Shown in pieces: positions 40,637 through 51,844 of a stretch of DNA of 64,000 nucleotides. The notes under the pieces were generated by a model that searched no databases, was not told where the DNA came from, and worked only from the letters and a program-made list of their open reading frames with translations. The translations under genes were made by a program, and so were the position numbers. The DNA comes from Balamuthia mandrillaris (lineage: Eukaryota), in NCBI GenBank assembly GCA_031835245.2, contig JAVKOQ020000096.1:62001-126000 (forward strand), given 5' to 3'. The first letter of the stretch is position 1. Each line of letters begins with the position of its first letter.

Positions 40637-41167
40637 ATTGATTGCTGTTCGTTTCTTCATTCGAAGTAACAAGAACTGATCTCCTGTTCATCACTTCAAA
40701 AAACAAAAAAACATAGTTTCGGCCATCGCGTCTACAAGAACTACGACCCCCGCGCCAAGATCATCAAACAAATCGCCTACGAGGTGTTCGACCTCCTCGG
40801 CAAGGAACCCCTCATCGAGGTGGCCGTGGAGCTGGAGCGCCAGGCCCTGGCTGATGACTACTTCGCCTCCCGCCGCCTCTACCCCAACGTCGACTTTTAC
40901 TCCGGCCTCATCTACAAGGCCATGGGCTTCCCCACCGACATGTTCCCCGTGCTCTTCCTGATCCCTCGCGCCGTGGGATGGTTGGCCCATTGGTTGGAGC
41001 TGCTGGATGACCCGGAGAACAAGATCGTGCGGCCCTTCCAGGTGTATGTGGGCGAAGAGCTGAGGCACTATGCCCCCATCGAGCAGAGGCAGAAGCCAGA
41101 GGTCAAGGGCATGCAGGCCTATGCCAGTTTGTTCAACAAGCGCCGGCACGTGTCCTTGCAAAAGTAA
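39089..41167 (+). CDS. Citrate synthase, peroxisomal/glyoxysomal type (multi-exon)
   Basis: [76 protein letters not shown]-terminal PTS2-like RLNRIGSHI. Confidence 0.95.
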
Positions 41168-41538
41168 GCAAGCCTAAGCAGGAGGAGGAAACCCCACAAA
41201 AAAAACACGGAAGAGAAATTTTATAGAATCGCTGTAGAATCAACGGAAATTTGGATGTTCCTAATGACGTCAACAATTCCAAGAATGGAGAAATAGGTTG
41301 AATTAGATCATGTCGACACGACTCTTAATTCCCTGTTTATCCTAAATAAGGCAAAAATATCCTGCAATTGTGAAAGTGGGGAATTACAACATCGAAATCG
41401 AACACAGCTGGACGAGAGAGCACATGCCTATAAATAGTGGAGGATGCTATTTCCTCTTCTATTTCCACAAAGCACGCAAGGCCGTACAAACCAAACAACC
41501 CCCACAAAAACGCCCGTTGAACTCACGAATGCACCCTA

Positions 41539-44500
41539 ATGGACGAAGACGACTGCAAGCACGACGATTACGATGAACGGGGCAAAGATTTGGTGATGTA
41601 CACCTATGAGTCCTCCTCCTCTTCGGATGACGAGGAGGGCTTTCAGGAAGTCCCCATGAAGAGAACAAGTAGAACTGGAACCAAACGACGGAGTACCAGC
41701 AGCAGGCAACAACAACCACGCCAGCTTCCTCCGTTGGACGACTCGGATGACTCTTCCTCCTCTTCTGATGACGAGGAGGACTTTCTCGACGAGACACATG
41801 ACGGCAACACTGGGCGTCACTCTGCTTCGTCAGGCAGGGAAGAAGATGAAGAGCAACCCCAGAACAAAGAAACAGAGGAGGAGGAAGGCACGGACACAGA
41901 GGAGCCCTCCTGGTGGGGAGAGGACGACCAGTCCTCCCTGCTGCCCTACTCCTCCCCCCAGGAGGAACAGCTGGACTGGCCCAAACCCGACCTCGGCCCC
42001 GAGCCCTCCTTCACCTGGCTGGGGGTCTACAAGACCACCCTACCCGAGTACCTGCGGGAGCTGCGGCGCATCGAGGCCGAAACGGGGGACCCCTCCGTGG
42101 GCTTCGGCAACGCAGAGGCCGAGGAGCTGTTTGTCACGGTGGAGGACCTGCGCTATTCCGTCCGGTTTAAGCTGCCCTCCGACCCAAAGGTTTGTTTGTG
42201 TGTTGTTTGGTCTCTTGCGCTTCTTTCGTTCTTATCTTCTTTGTCCTACCTGCTTCACCTCCTCACCAACAGAAGTTAGACTCGCCGAAACCCAAGCGGA
42301 ACGCGTTTACCAAGTGGTGGCAAAAGCGGTTCCGCTCCACCCCGGTACGCCGGCAAAAGGTGGCGGTGCTGAGGAACTTGACCTTCTTCCTGAAGCCTGG
42401 CGAGATGACGTTGGTGCTGGGCAGCCCGGACTGCGGCAAGGACCTCCTGTTCAAGATCCTGGCTAACAGGGTGCACAAGGGCAAAGTGCAGGGAAAGCTC
42501 TTGTTCAACGGAAAGAAGCCTCCTTCTTCCAAGTACCACGACCTCGTGTCCTACATCACCCAGGAGGATGTACATTTACGTGCGTACTTCTCGCATTGTG
42601 TTGTTTCGTGGGGTAGTACTCAAACACAGGTTCTCTTTCTTTTGCTTTAGCAATGCTTACCGTTAAAGAGACTATTCAGTTTAGCCACAAGTGCAGGCAG
42701 GCCGATGCCTCCCAGCGAACCGAAAGAGTATGTTTTTCTTGATCTTCTCCTTCTCCTTCTCCTTCTCCTCCTTCTTCTCTTGGTCGTTTTCCAGTTGGTA
42801 ATAGTGAATAATGATAACAGGTGGACATTCTTTTGCAACTACTGCAACTGGCCCATCGAGCAGATAATATAGTCGGCGATGACTTTGTAAGAGGCGTTTC
42901 TGGAGGTGAAAAAAAGAGAGTCACTATCGGTACTGAAGTCATCAAGCTCTCTCAGCTCTTGTTGCTCGATGAATGTACTACAGGTCTTGATGCTTCGGCA
43001 GCTCTTGCCGTGCGTTTCGATCCCTCTTGTTTATAGAATCTTTTAAAACAAACCTATTTTCTCACTTCCATTATTTAGGTTTTGAGAGTCGTCAGAGCTC
43101 TCGCAGATTCCGGTAAGACTGTCATGTGTGCGTTACGACAGCCTTCCTACGAGGTGCTCTCGCTGTTTGACAACGTCATAATCATGGCTGTTGGAGAGAT
43201 CGCCTACTTTGGCCCCCTGAAGCGTTCTCTAGCTTACTTTCGAGCACTTGGCTATGAATGCCCTCCAAACGTCAATCCTGCTGACTTTTTACGTAAGTTT
43301 GTTTGTTCTTTCTTCCCGTTCTTTTGTTTCTTATTCCTCTCCTTGGAACAGAGGAGGTTGTCGATTATCCGCATCAGTTTATCAGCCCAGATATCAAAGA
43401 AATGGACGAAGACTTCGTGCCTCATACTCCCAAGGAGTTTGTAGAGGAATGGAGAACCTCTACTTTCGCTCAGAACACAAAGGACGTCATCCATGCCGCG
43501 CACCCATCCGAACTCTCAGGAAGTGAAGAACCAGCAGAAAAAGACAGCACCCACAAAAAAGGTTTTACCAACATTCGTCTGAAAGATCTTCGTATGAAGA
43601 AAAATTATCCTATCTCTAGTTTAGACCAGTATTCGTTGTTGCAGGTAATTAGCCTCTCCTCTCCTCTCCTCTCCTCTCCTCTCCTCTCCTCTCCTCTCCT
43701 CTCCTCTCCTCTCCTCTCCTCTCCTCCCTCTCCTCTCTCTCCTCTCCTCTCCTCTCTCTCCTCTCTCCTCTCCTCCTCTCTCCTCTCCTCTCTCCTCTCC
43801 CTCCTCTCTCTCTCCCTCTCCCTCTCCTCTCCTCTCCCTCTCCTCTCCTCTCTCCTCTCCTCTCCTCTCCTCTCCTCTCTCCTCTCCTCTCCTCTCCCTC
43901 TCCTCTCCCTCTCCTCTCCTCCTCCTCTCCTCTCCTCTCCTCTCCTCTCCCTCTCCTCTCTCCTCTCCTCTCCTCTCCTCTCCCTCTCCTCTCTCCTCTC
44001 CTCTCCTCTCCTCTCCTCTCCTCTCCTCTCCTCTCCATAATCAAATTCCAACGCTCGTCATTACAGCAACGAGAATTCTCTCTCTGGTTCCGTGATAAGA
44101 ACTCATTAATAGCTCGCTTCTTCCGGGCCATTATTACTTCCATCATTCTTGCAACGTTGTTCTTCAGCCTGGACGATACCCAGTCAGATACCAGAAGCAG
44201 ACAAGGCTTACTCTTCATCTCTATCAACTACTTTTTCTTCTCGGCATTTCCGACCATTCCCAAAACATTACAAGGCAGAGAGGTCTTTTATCGTCAGGTG
44301 GAAGACAAGTATTATAGAATTCCTCCCTATCTTTTCTCGATAATTCTCGGCGAGATACCCATTCTCTTAGCGGAAGTGTTGCTCTTCTCCACCATCATCT
44401 ATTGGATTTGTGGACTTAACAACGCAGAAGGAGAGCGTTATTTGTTCTTTGTATTATTGATGTTTACTACTGCTGTTACGACATCAAATCTCATTAGATT

Positions 44501-47500
44501 CATCGCTCTACTTTGCCCTACCGATATCATTGCAAACACTTTTGCACCTGCTGTTAACCTCGTTCTTCTTCTCTTTTGTGGTTTCTTGATATATAGCGAC
44601 AGCATTCCGCCTTGGTTTATTTGGATTTACTGGATTGATCATTTACGTTATGCCTACGAAGGTTGGTTGTTTTCTCTAATTCTCCTCATAGGAGTTTTAG
44701 TCTCAGTTTCTTTACTCTTACTCTGTTTCTATTAACTGTGATCATACCAATCAAAGCATTAATCATCAACGAGTTTAACGGCTTGGAACTGAGCTGCTCC
44801 TCCGATGAATTGCAACCGCCTCAAGACGTAGCTGACGGGTCCTTATTCAATGGCACCCAAGTCTGTCCATTCACCGAAGGGGATGAGTATCTTTCCAGTT
44901 TGGACGCTAGGACCAACCTCTCCTATCGTTGGATCTACCTGGCAGCCATGTGGGGCATCTTCTTCGTTTACACTTTCCTCTGTTATCTTGCGCTTCGCTT
45001 CGTGAGGTACAGGAAAGAACCTCCCATCATTCCACCGGAGCAGAAGAAGAAGATGCTGGCAAAGACGATGAAGAAAGTGGCTGAACAAAGTGGAGGAGCG
45101 GGCTGCGAGATGTCGAATCTATCTAAGTACTATAGAACTGTTAAAGCAGCGGATAGAAAGAGAAAGAGTAACAAGAACGCAAAGCATAGCAAAGGAAAGG
45201 AGGTTGCGGGAGCAGCGAGAAAGGAGCAAGAAGAAGGAACCGAAATGATCCAAGATCCAAGGCAAAGGTATCAGGTGGTAAACGCAGACCCGGTGGAAGG
45301 TTCATCCCTTAGAAATAGTTTAGACACGGAACGAGAAGATACAGCTACAACAACGGATACTCCAACGGATGGTTCGTTCAAAGAGCACAACTACAACAAT
45401 GCAAGTCACGCAACGACGTTCACCGAACAGACTATTGAGTTGCACGGAACAGCAACGGACGAGGAAACGGATCTTAGCTATGTTGATTTTGAGGAGGAGG
45501 ACTCCCACCATCAACGTCGTGAAAGGCAACACCTTCGTCTTCGGAGAACAGGGGACAATCTGGCTGATACGCGTACGATGCCATGTGCTGGCGCTTATCT
45601 CTCGTTTAGGGACTTATGTTACTCGGTCCCTATTCGTCGTGGAATTGTCTCACAGATACCACTTGTTAACGTATGCCATACAGCTAATCTCGTTGTTGCT
45701 CTATTTCCTGGATACTTACTGACCGCAACATTACAGAAGCTTCCATGCTTCAAAGAAAACGTCTATTGGCTAAAGTTGTTGAAAGAGATTAACGGATACG
45801 TTAAACCTGGAATGGCTTTAGCCTTAATGGGTTCCTCTGGAGCTGGTAAAAGTACCCTTTTAGATGTTCTTGCCAAGAGAAAGACTGGAGGAAGGATTGA
45901 GGGAGACATTCTGCTCAATGGAAGGAAACCGGACAAGCATCTCAATCGGACCATTGGCTATGTTGAACAGCAAGACATCCATCTTCCGACACAAACGGTG
46001 AAGGAAGCGCTCTACTTTAGTGCAAATGTACGTGTCGGTTTTTTAAATATTCTTGTTGAGCATTCAAATGAATGAACGTTATCTCTTTCTCCATCCACAG
46101 TTGCGGCTGCCGCCATCAGTTCCAACCAAGAAGAAAAAAGAGTTTGCACGTGAAATCATGCACGTGTTGGGTCTGTGGCCAATTGCCAACCGCCAAATAT
46201 ACGACACAACCCTAGAGGAGCGCAAGCGTGTGACCATCGGCGTGGAGCTCTGTGCCAATCCCTCCTTGCTCTTCCTGGACGAACCGACCTCTGGGTTGGA
46301 CTCGATCGGAGCGAGGAAGGTCATGGGAGCCGTCAAAACGTTAGCTATGCAAGGCCGCTCCATTGTCTGCACTATCCATCAACCGAGTCAACAGCTCTTT
46401 GCAAGGTTTACTCATCTTCTTTTGTTGAGAAAGGGAGGCGAGGTGGTCTACTTTGGCCCTCTTCACAGTAACAGTCAGGAGGGAGCTCTCTATGACTATC
46501 AGGAAGACTTTGGAGCCATGCTCTCTTACTTTGCTAGCATTGGTTATATATGCCCTCCTCGTCGCAATCCGGCGGACTTTGCTTTGGAAGTGTGCAGCAC
46601 GGTAGGAGCCAACAAAGAAGAAGGCAAAGCGGACGTGCGACAGGCATTCCTTCAAAGTGACCTTCGCAAGCGAACTATTGAGAAGATCGAGAAGGGAATC
46701 GTGCCCGATGATGCGGAACTTCTTCACTACAGGCACCAATACGCCAACAACTTCTTGGTGCAATTGTGGTATGTTCTCAAGCGAAACTTTGTGCATTATT
46801 GGCGCAGGAGTGAGATCTTTAAGCTCAACATTCTCCGTTCTCTGGTGCTGGGGCTGCTTCTAGGCTTCCTATACTTCCAGCAGGACTCCGATGTAACGGG
46901 AGCAAGGAACATCTCCTCCTTGCTTTATTTCATTCTCTTGCTCAACAACTTGCTCATCTTTCGTACGTTTTCCTTTCATCTTTGCTTCTTATTTTGTTAA
47001 CCGATCTCTTTTTAAATGATTATCCTCCTCAGCTGTGATACCGACAATTGTACTACAAAAGGCAATGTACTTTAGGGAACGAATGTCGCTAACCTACAGA
47101 CCTCTCGTCTATCTCTTTGGCCTAATTTTCTCCTTCATCCCGTTTAACACTATCTACTCTCTACTTATCTTGTACGTAACGTTGACACTTATTATTCCTC
47201 TACCACTGTTCTTATTCTTGCTGCAACCTCAAACTTGAAATAGTCTACCTGCATACTGGCTAGCCGGTCTTGAGCCCTCGGCCGGAGCCTTCTTCTTCTG
47301 CTTCTTCCTAGTGTGGCTCTCCCTTCTCAGCAGCCATTCCTTCCTGGCCCTCGTGGCCATCATCTCCCGCGACCAAGTCTTTGCATTCATGTGCACCGGC
47401 CTCATCTTCCCTCTGCTCAGCGTGTTTGCTGGCTTTCTCATCACTCGCCCCAACATTCCAAGTTACTGGATTTGGGCGCATTACATCGACCTCAACACTT

Positions 47501-47760
47501 ACTCCTTGGAGAGTCTTATGATCGTGCAGTTCAGGGATAGAGACGTCTACTGCAGCGAGGATGAGTTGTTAGACGTTCCCGTCTTGAACACCACGACACA
47601 GCCGTATTGCAGTGTGACCAGTGGAGAGGATGTGTTGGACTCGTTGGGCATGTACGAGGCTTACCTCTGGAGGGACGTTGGCATTTCTGTGGGCCTCTAT
47701 GGATTCTTCATCATTTGTAACGCGCTGGCCCTCAAGTTCGTAAAGCCCATCCAGCGCTGA
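41539..47760 (+). CDS. Full-size ABCG/PDR-type ABC transporter (NBD-TMD-NBD-TMD, multi-exon)
   Basis: NBD1: [37 protein letters not shown]2: [47 protein letters not shown]. Two ABC2-type TMDs. Confidence 0.95.
43654..44036. repeat. Intronic pure-pyrimidine (CTCTC/CTC)n tract, about 380 bp
   Basis: Directly visible inside an ABCG intron. Confidence 0.95.
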
Positions 47761-47986
47761 ACAATACAAAAAATAAGACTAGCTCCAATTGTGCATAAGG
47801 TTTTGTTTGTTTCGAAGAGAAAAGAGAGAGGTAATGAAGAGAGAGCAGTGAAGAGGAGAGGAGAGAGGAGAGAGGTGAGAGGAGAGGAGATAAGTGTGAC
47901 GTCACCGGTGATCTTGAATGACGTCAGAGATCAAACCAAAAATTCGATTCGAAGAAAAAAACCAAAAAAAAAGAGTAGCAGCAAAG

Positions 47987-49408
47987 ATGAGAACCTATCC
48001 GTTAGGGTTGGTGCCAGGCCCCTCCCAGGTGCCGCGGGACCTCGTTTTGGAAGCCTACGGCACTCCGTTTGGCAGCGCCGACCTGGAGCTCGAATTCCTG
48101 GAGCTCTACAAGCAAACCCAAGCCCTGCTACGGGAGCTGCTCAGGGCCACCGCGCAGCACGAGGTCGTCATCCAAAGCGGGGAGGGCATGCTTGCCCTGT
48201 GGTCTGCCCTCAAGAGCTGCGTCAAGCCTGGGGACAAGGTGTTGGCCGTCGCCAACGGAGTCTATGGCTACGGGTTTGCGGACATGGCCCGACAGATCGG
48301 CGCCCAGGTGGAGGTCGTTGGGTTTGAGTACGATGAGGCGACCACCGACTACGAGCGCATCCGTGAGGCTGCCCTTCGGTTTCGTCCTTCCTTGATCACT
48401 GCCGTTCACTGCGAAACTCCTTCTGGTGCCTTTCTTGTTCTTCTGCTTCTTATTGCTCTTGTTTTTCTCCGTTCTTCTTCTTCTTCTTCTTCTTCTTCTT
48501 CTTCTTCTTCTTCTTCTTCTTCTTCTTCTTCTTCTTCTTCTTCTTCTTTTTCTTCTTCTTCTTCTTAAGGTTCTTTTATTAGACGAAGTAATGCCCGCTA
48601 TATTGGTTTGACAATATTTTTATCAAAAGGAATACTGAACCCGGTTGGACCTATTGGGAAGATAGCCAGAGAAGTGGATGCTCTGTTCTACGTGGACGTG
48701 GTCTCCAGCTTCTGTGGGGCTGATGTTCGAGTGGCGGAATGGGGCATAGACCTTGCCCTCGTTGGCAGCCAAAAGTGCTTAGGGTTGTTGCCAAACCTCA
48801 GCATCGTCTGCGTGAGTCCAAGAGCATGGCCCATCATCCAACAGGTCAACTACGTTGGCTATGATGCTTTGTTGCCCTGGAGAATGGAGACCATCGCTCC
48901 TTCCTCGTCATCTTCTTCTGCCACAGAAGAGGAAGCAAAGAAAGCAGAAGAGAACGAAGGAGAGTTCTTGTTTCCATACACTTGCGACTGGCATTCCATC
49001 TCTGCCTTGCATGATCGTTGCAACAACATTCTTCATGGGGATGGGCTGGATGCTCATCTTCATCGCCACGAGACTGTGGCCCAGTACACTCGCCACCGCC
49101 TTCGCCAATTGGGCCTTCAACTGTGGCTTCTCGAGGAAGAACCCGAACCCGAACATGAACAAGAAAGAGAGCACCACTTTGCGCCCACAGTGACAGCAGT
49201 GAAAGTGCCAGAAGGATGGACTTGGCGGCAGTTGGACAAGGAGCTGAGGCTTCATGGAGTGGTCTTTGGTGGCAGCTACGGCCCTTTGGCGGGCAACGTG
49301 TTCAGGGTGGGGCACATGGGCCTTCAAGCCGACATGCAGCTGGTGCGGGAGGCTTTGGATGCGTTGGAACTGGTCCTCCAGGACAAAAAGCACGGTGCTG
49401 CTGGTTAG
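47987..49408 (+). CDS. Class V PLP aminotransferase (alanine-glyoxylate/serine-pyruvate aminotransferase family), 2 exons
   Basis: LVPGPSQVP, ANGVYG, ITAVHCETPSG|ILNP, YVDVVSS, GSQKCL (PLP Lys), FRVGHMG. Confidence 0.92.
48473..48566. repeat. Intronic (TTC)n microsatellite
   Basis: Directly visible. Confidence 0.95.
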
Positions 49409-49666
49409 GAGGAGCAAGGCACCTAGTTTTTTTTTTTTTTGGTTTATGTGGCCTGTTGGAAATGGAATGAAGCAAACAACAGACCCCTCCTCCTTCACAG
49501 CACCAACCAACCTCTCACCACCACCCTAGGACTACAGCGAATCCATAAGCCCCACCCAGAAGAACAAGAAGAAAATGGCTGTTGGCGTATGAAGCACAAA
49601 GCGGACAACGTCAAGAGGCTCTTGTTGGGGGTAACAAGGAACACTGGTTTGTTCACAAGAATGCAA

Positions 49667-49702
<36 letters not shown>

Positions 49703-49716
49703 CTCAAGACAGACAA

Positions 49717-49751
<35 letters not shown>

Positions 49752-49840
49752 GAGAGAGAACAAAGGAGGACAAGAAAGACGGAAGCAGCAGAGAGCGAAA
49801 TAAGCAGGAAAATGGGTTGACACCAGCCAGAAAGTCAGAA

Positions 49841-49918
49841 GGGGGGAGGGGGGGGGGAGGGGGAGGGGGAGGGGGAGGGGGAGGGGGAGGGGGAGGGGGA
49901 GGGGGAGGGGAGGGGAGG
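49841..49918 (+). repeat. (GGGGGA)n G-rich tract
   Basis: Directly visible, about 13 G-runs. Confidence 0.9.
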
Positions 49919-50031
49919 TTGAACTGCAACGAAGCAAACCACAACAACAACAAAGACCACTCCTCAGTCGTCAGCCATAGCGTTCCGGGGGGACTGGGCT
50001 GCACGCTCTCGTTCGAAGCAGATTTGAGGAG

Positions 50032-50537
50032 ATGAGAGAGGTGCCGGTCCCTGAGTTTGCGCCGCAGGAGAGAGCGGCAGACGATGTGGCGCATGTGGCC
50101 GTGGTGGGGACACGCAGGAGGGCTAAAGAGTTTGTGTGCGGCAGCCTCTCTGGCATGGCTGGCATCATCGTCGGACATCCTCTCGACACCATCAAAGTGC
50201 GTGCTCTCTCACTCTCTCCATCTATTCTCTCTTCTCCTTCGCTCCTAAATCTGTCTCTGGTATTCTCCTCATAAGGTTCTGCTGCAAACACAAACCTCGA
50301 GTGGGGCATCGGCTGCTCTGCCAGCGCGGACCAGTGCTTTGCAGTGCTTCCTTCACACTGTGCGCAGTCAGGGTCCCCTCGGTCTCTTCAAAGGTTGACA
50401 CTTCGCCTTTTCTTCTTCCCTTCTCGTTCTCTCTCTCTTTCCTTTCTCTCTCTCTCCCTCTCCCTCTCCCTCTCCCTCTCGCTCGCTCTCGCTCTCGCTC
50501 TCTTGATCGCCACACTCTCTTCATTCTCCCTCGTTCG

Positions 50538-50576
<39 letters not shown>

Positions 50577-51515
50577 GCATTCATCAAACCAACACCAAAA
50601 AAAGGGTTAACACCCCCACTGACTGGAGTAAGCATAACGAACGCGACGGCTTTCAGTGGTTATGGAGCGATGAGAAGGGTGGTAATGGGACGAGAGGCGC
50701 TTCCTGCGGAGATGACTCTACCGCAGGTCATGTTGGCAGGAGCCGGCACTGGCATTCTTTCTGGCCTCGTCACTGCTCCTATAGATGTTGTGAAGACACA
50801 GCTTCAAGTGCAAGCCCTTTCGTCATCTCCTTCCTCTTCCGCTTCTTCTGCTGGTAATGCTGCTTCTTTAGAAGCAAGCAGAGGAGGCTCCGTCCACTAT
50901 GCAGGACCAATTGATTGCATCCGGAGAGTTGGGCTGAGAGGTATGTTCATTGGTCTTTCGGCCACTTGGATTCGAGATATTGTTGGCTTTGGTATATATT
51001 TCAGCTGCTATGAACTAGTTCGAAGGTCACTCTATCCTTTCTTCCGTCTTTATTGTGTGCATTCTTTCTTTTTCTTCATCCTTCTCTTTGCTTGGCGTTA
51101 AAATAGTTCTTTTCCTAACTCTTTCAGAGCCCTGCTCGAAAAAGACTTTTCTGCACTACAACACAACGACACTTTTGCACTTAAAAAACTATCTTTACCG
51201 CAACAACTCCTTGCAGGCTCCGTTGTTGGCCTCTGTTCCGGCGTCATCACACAACCATTAGATGTCATCAAGTCTCGAATACAAGGACAAGTCCTCCATT
51301 TCTCCTCCTCGTCTTCCTCTTCTTTGTGGTTGTTTCGTCCGCCACCAGAGAGAACGATGTATAAAGGCTTTTTGGATTGCGCACGACAAAGCAACAAGGA
51401 AGGGGCCAGGCAAGTCTACTTGAAAGGATTTGGGCCGGCTTTGGGAAGAGCCATCCCTGTCACTGCCACCATCTTATTGGTCTACGAGTATCTCATTCAA
51501 GTTCTACCTGAATGA
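50032..51515 (+). CDS. Mitochondrial carrier (SLC25), carnitine/basic amino acid carrier-like (multi-exon)
   Basis: Three PxDxxK signatures: GHPLDTIK, APIDVVKTQLQ, QPLDVIKSRIQ. Also YAGPIDC, RDIVGFGIYFSCYE, KGFGPALGRAIP. Confidence 0.9.
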
Positions 51516-51632
51516 TGGGTGGTTTCGGCGTTGCAAAGAGGAGGAGGAGATAGAGACGAGCTGTAACAAAGGATGAAGCAATTTGCTTTGTATATTTGTT
51601 TTTTAAAAAAATGATACGTTCATTTCTGTGCA

Positions 51633-51799
51633 TTACTTTTTGTTGTCTCGGTTGCTGTTGCGGCGATACAGAAGATGAAGGTTGCGGGCAGTCGCGTCGG
51701 ACTTGGTGCTTCCAACGAACATGATGTGCTTCATCACCAGCACTAACACTTGGTCCAGATAGTTCTTTGTTGCTGAAAAAGCAGGAGTTAGTTCAGAAG

Positions 51800-51844
<45 letters not shown>

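Noticed and set aside
43605..44227. RRGEE repeat ORFs
   Set aside because: Antisense translation of an intronic pyrimidine tract.
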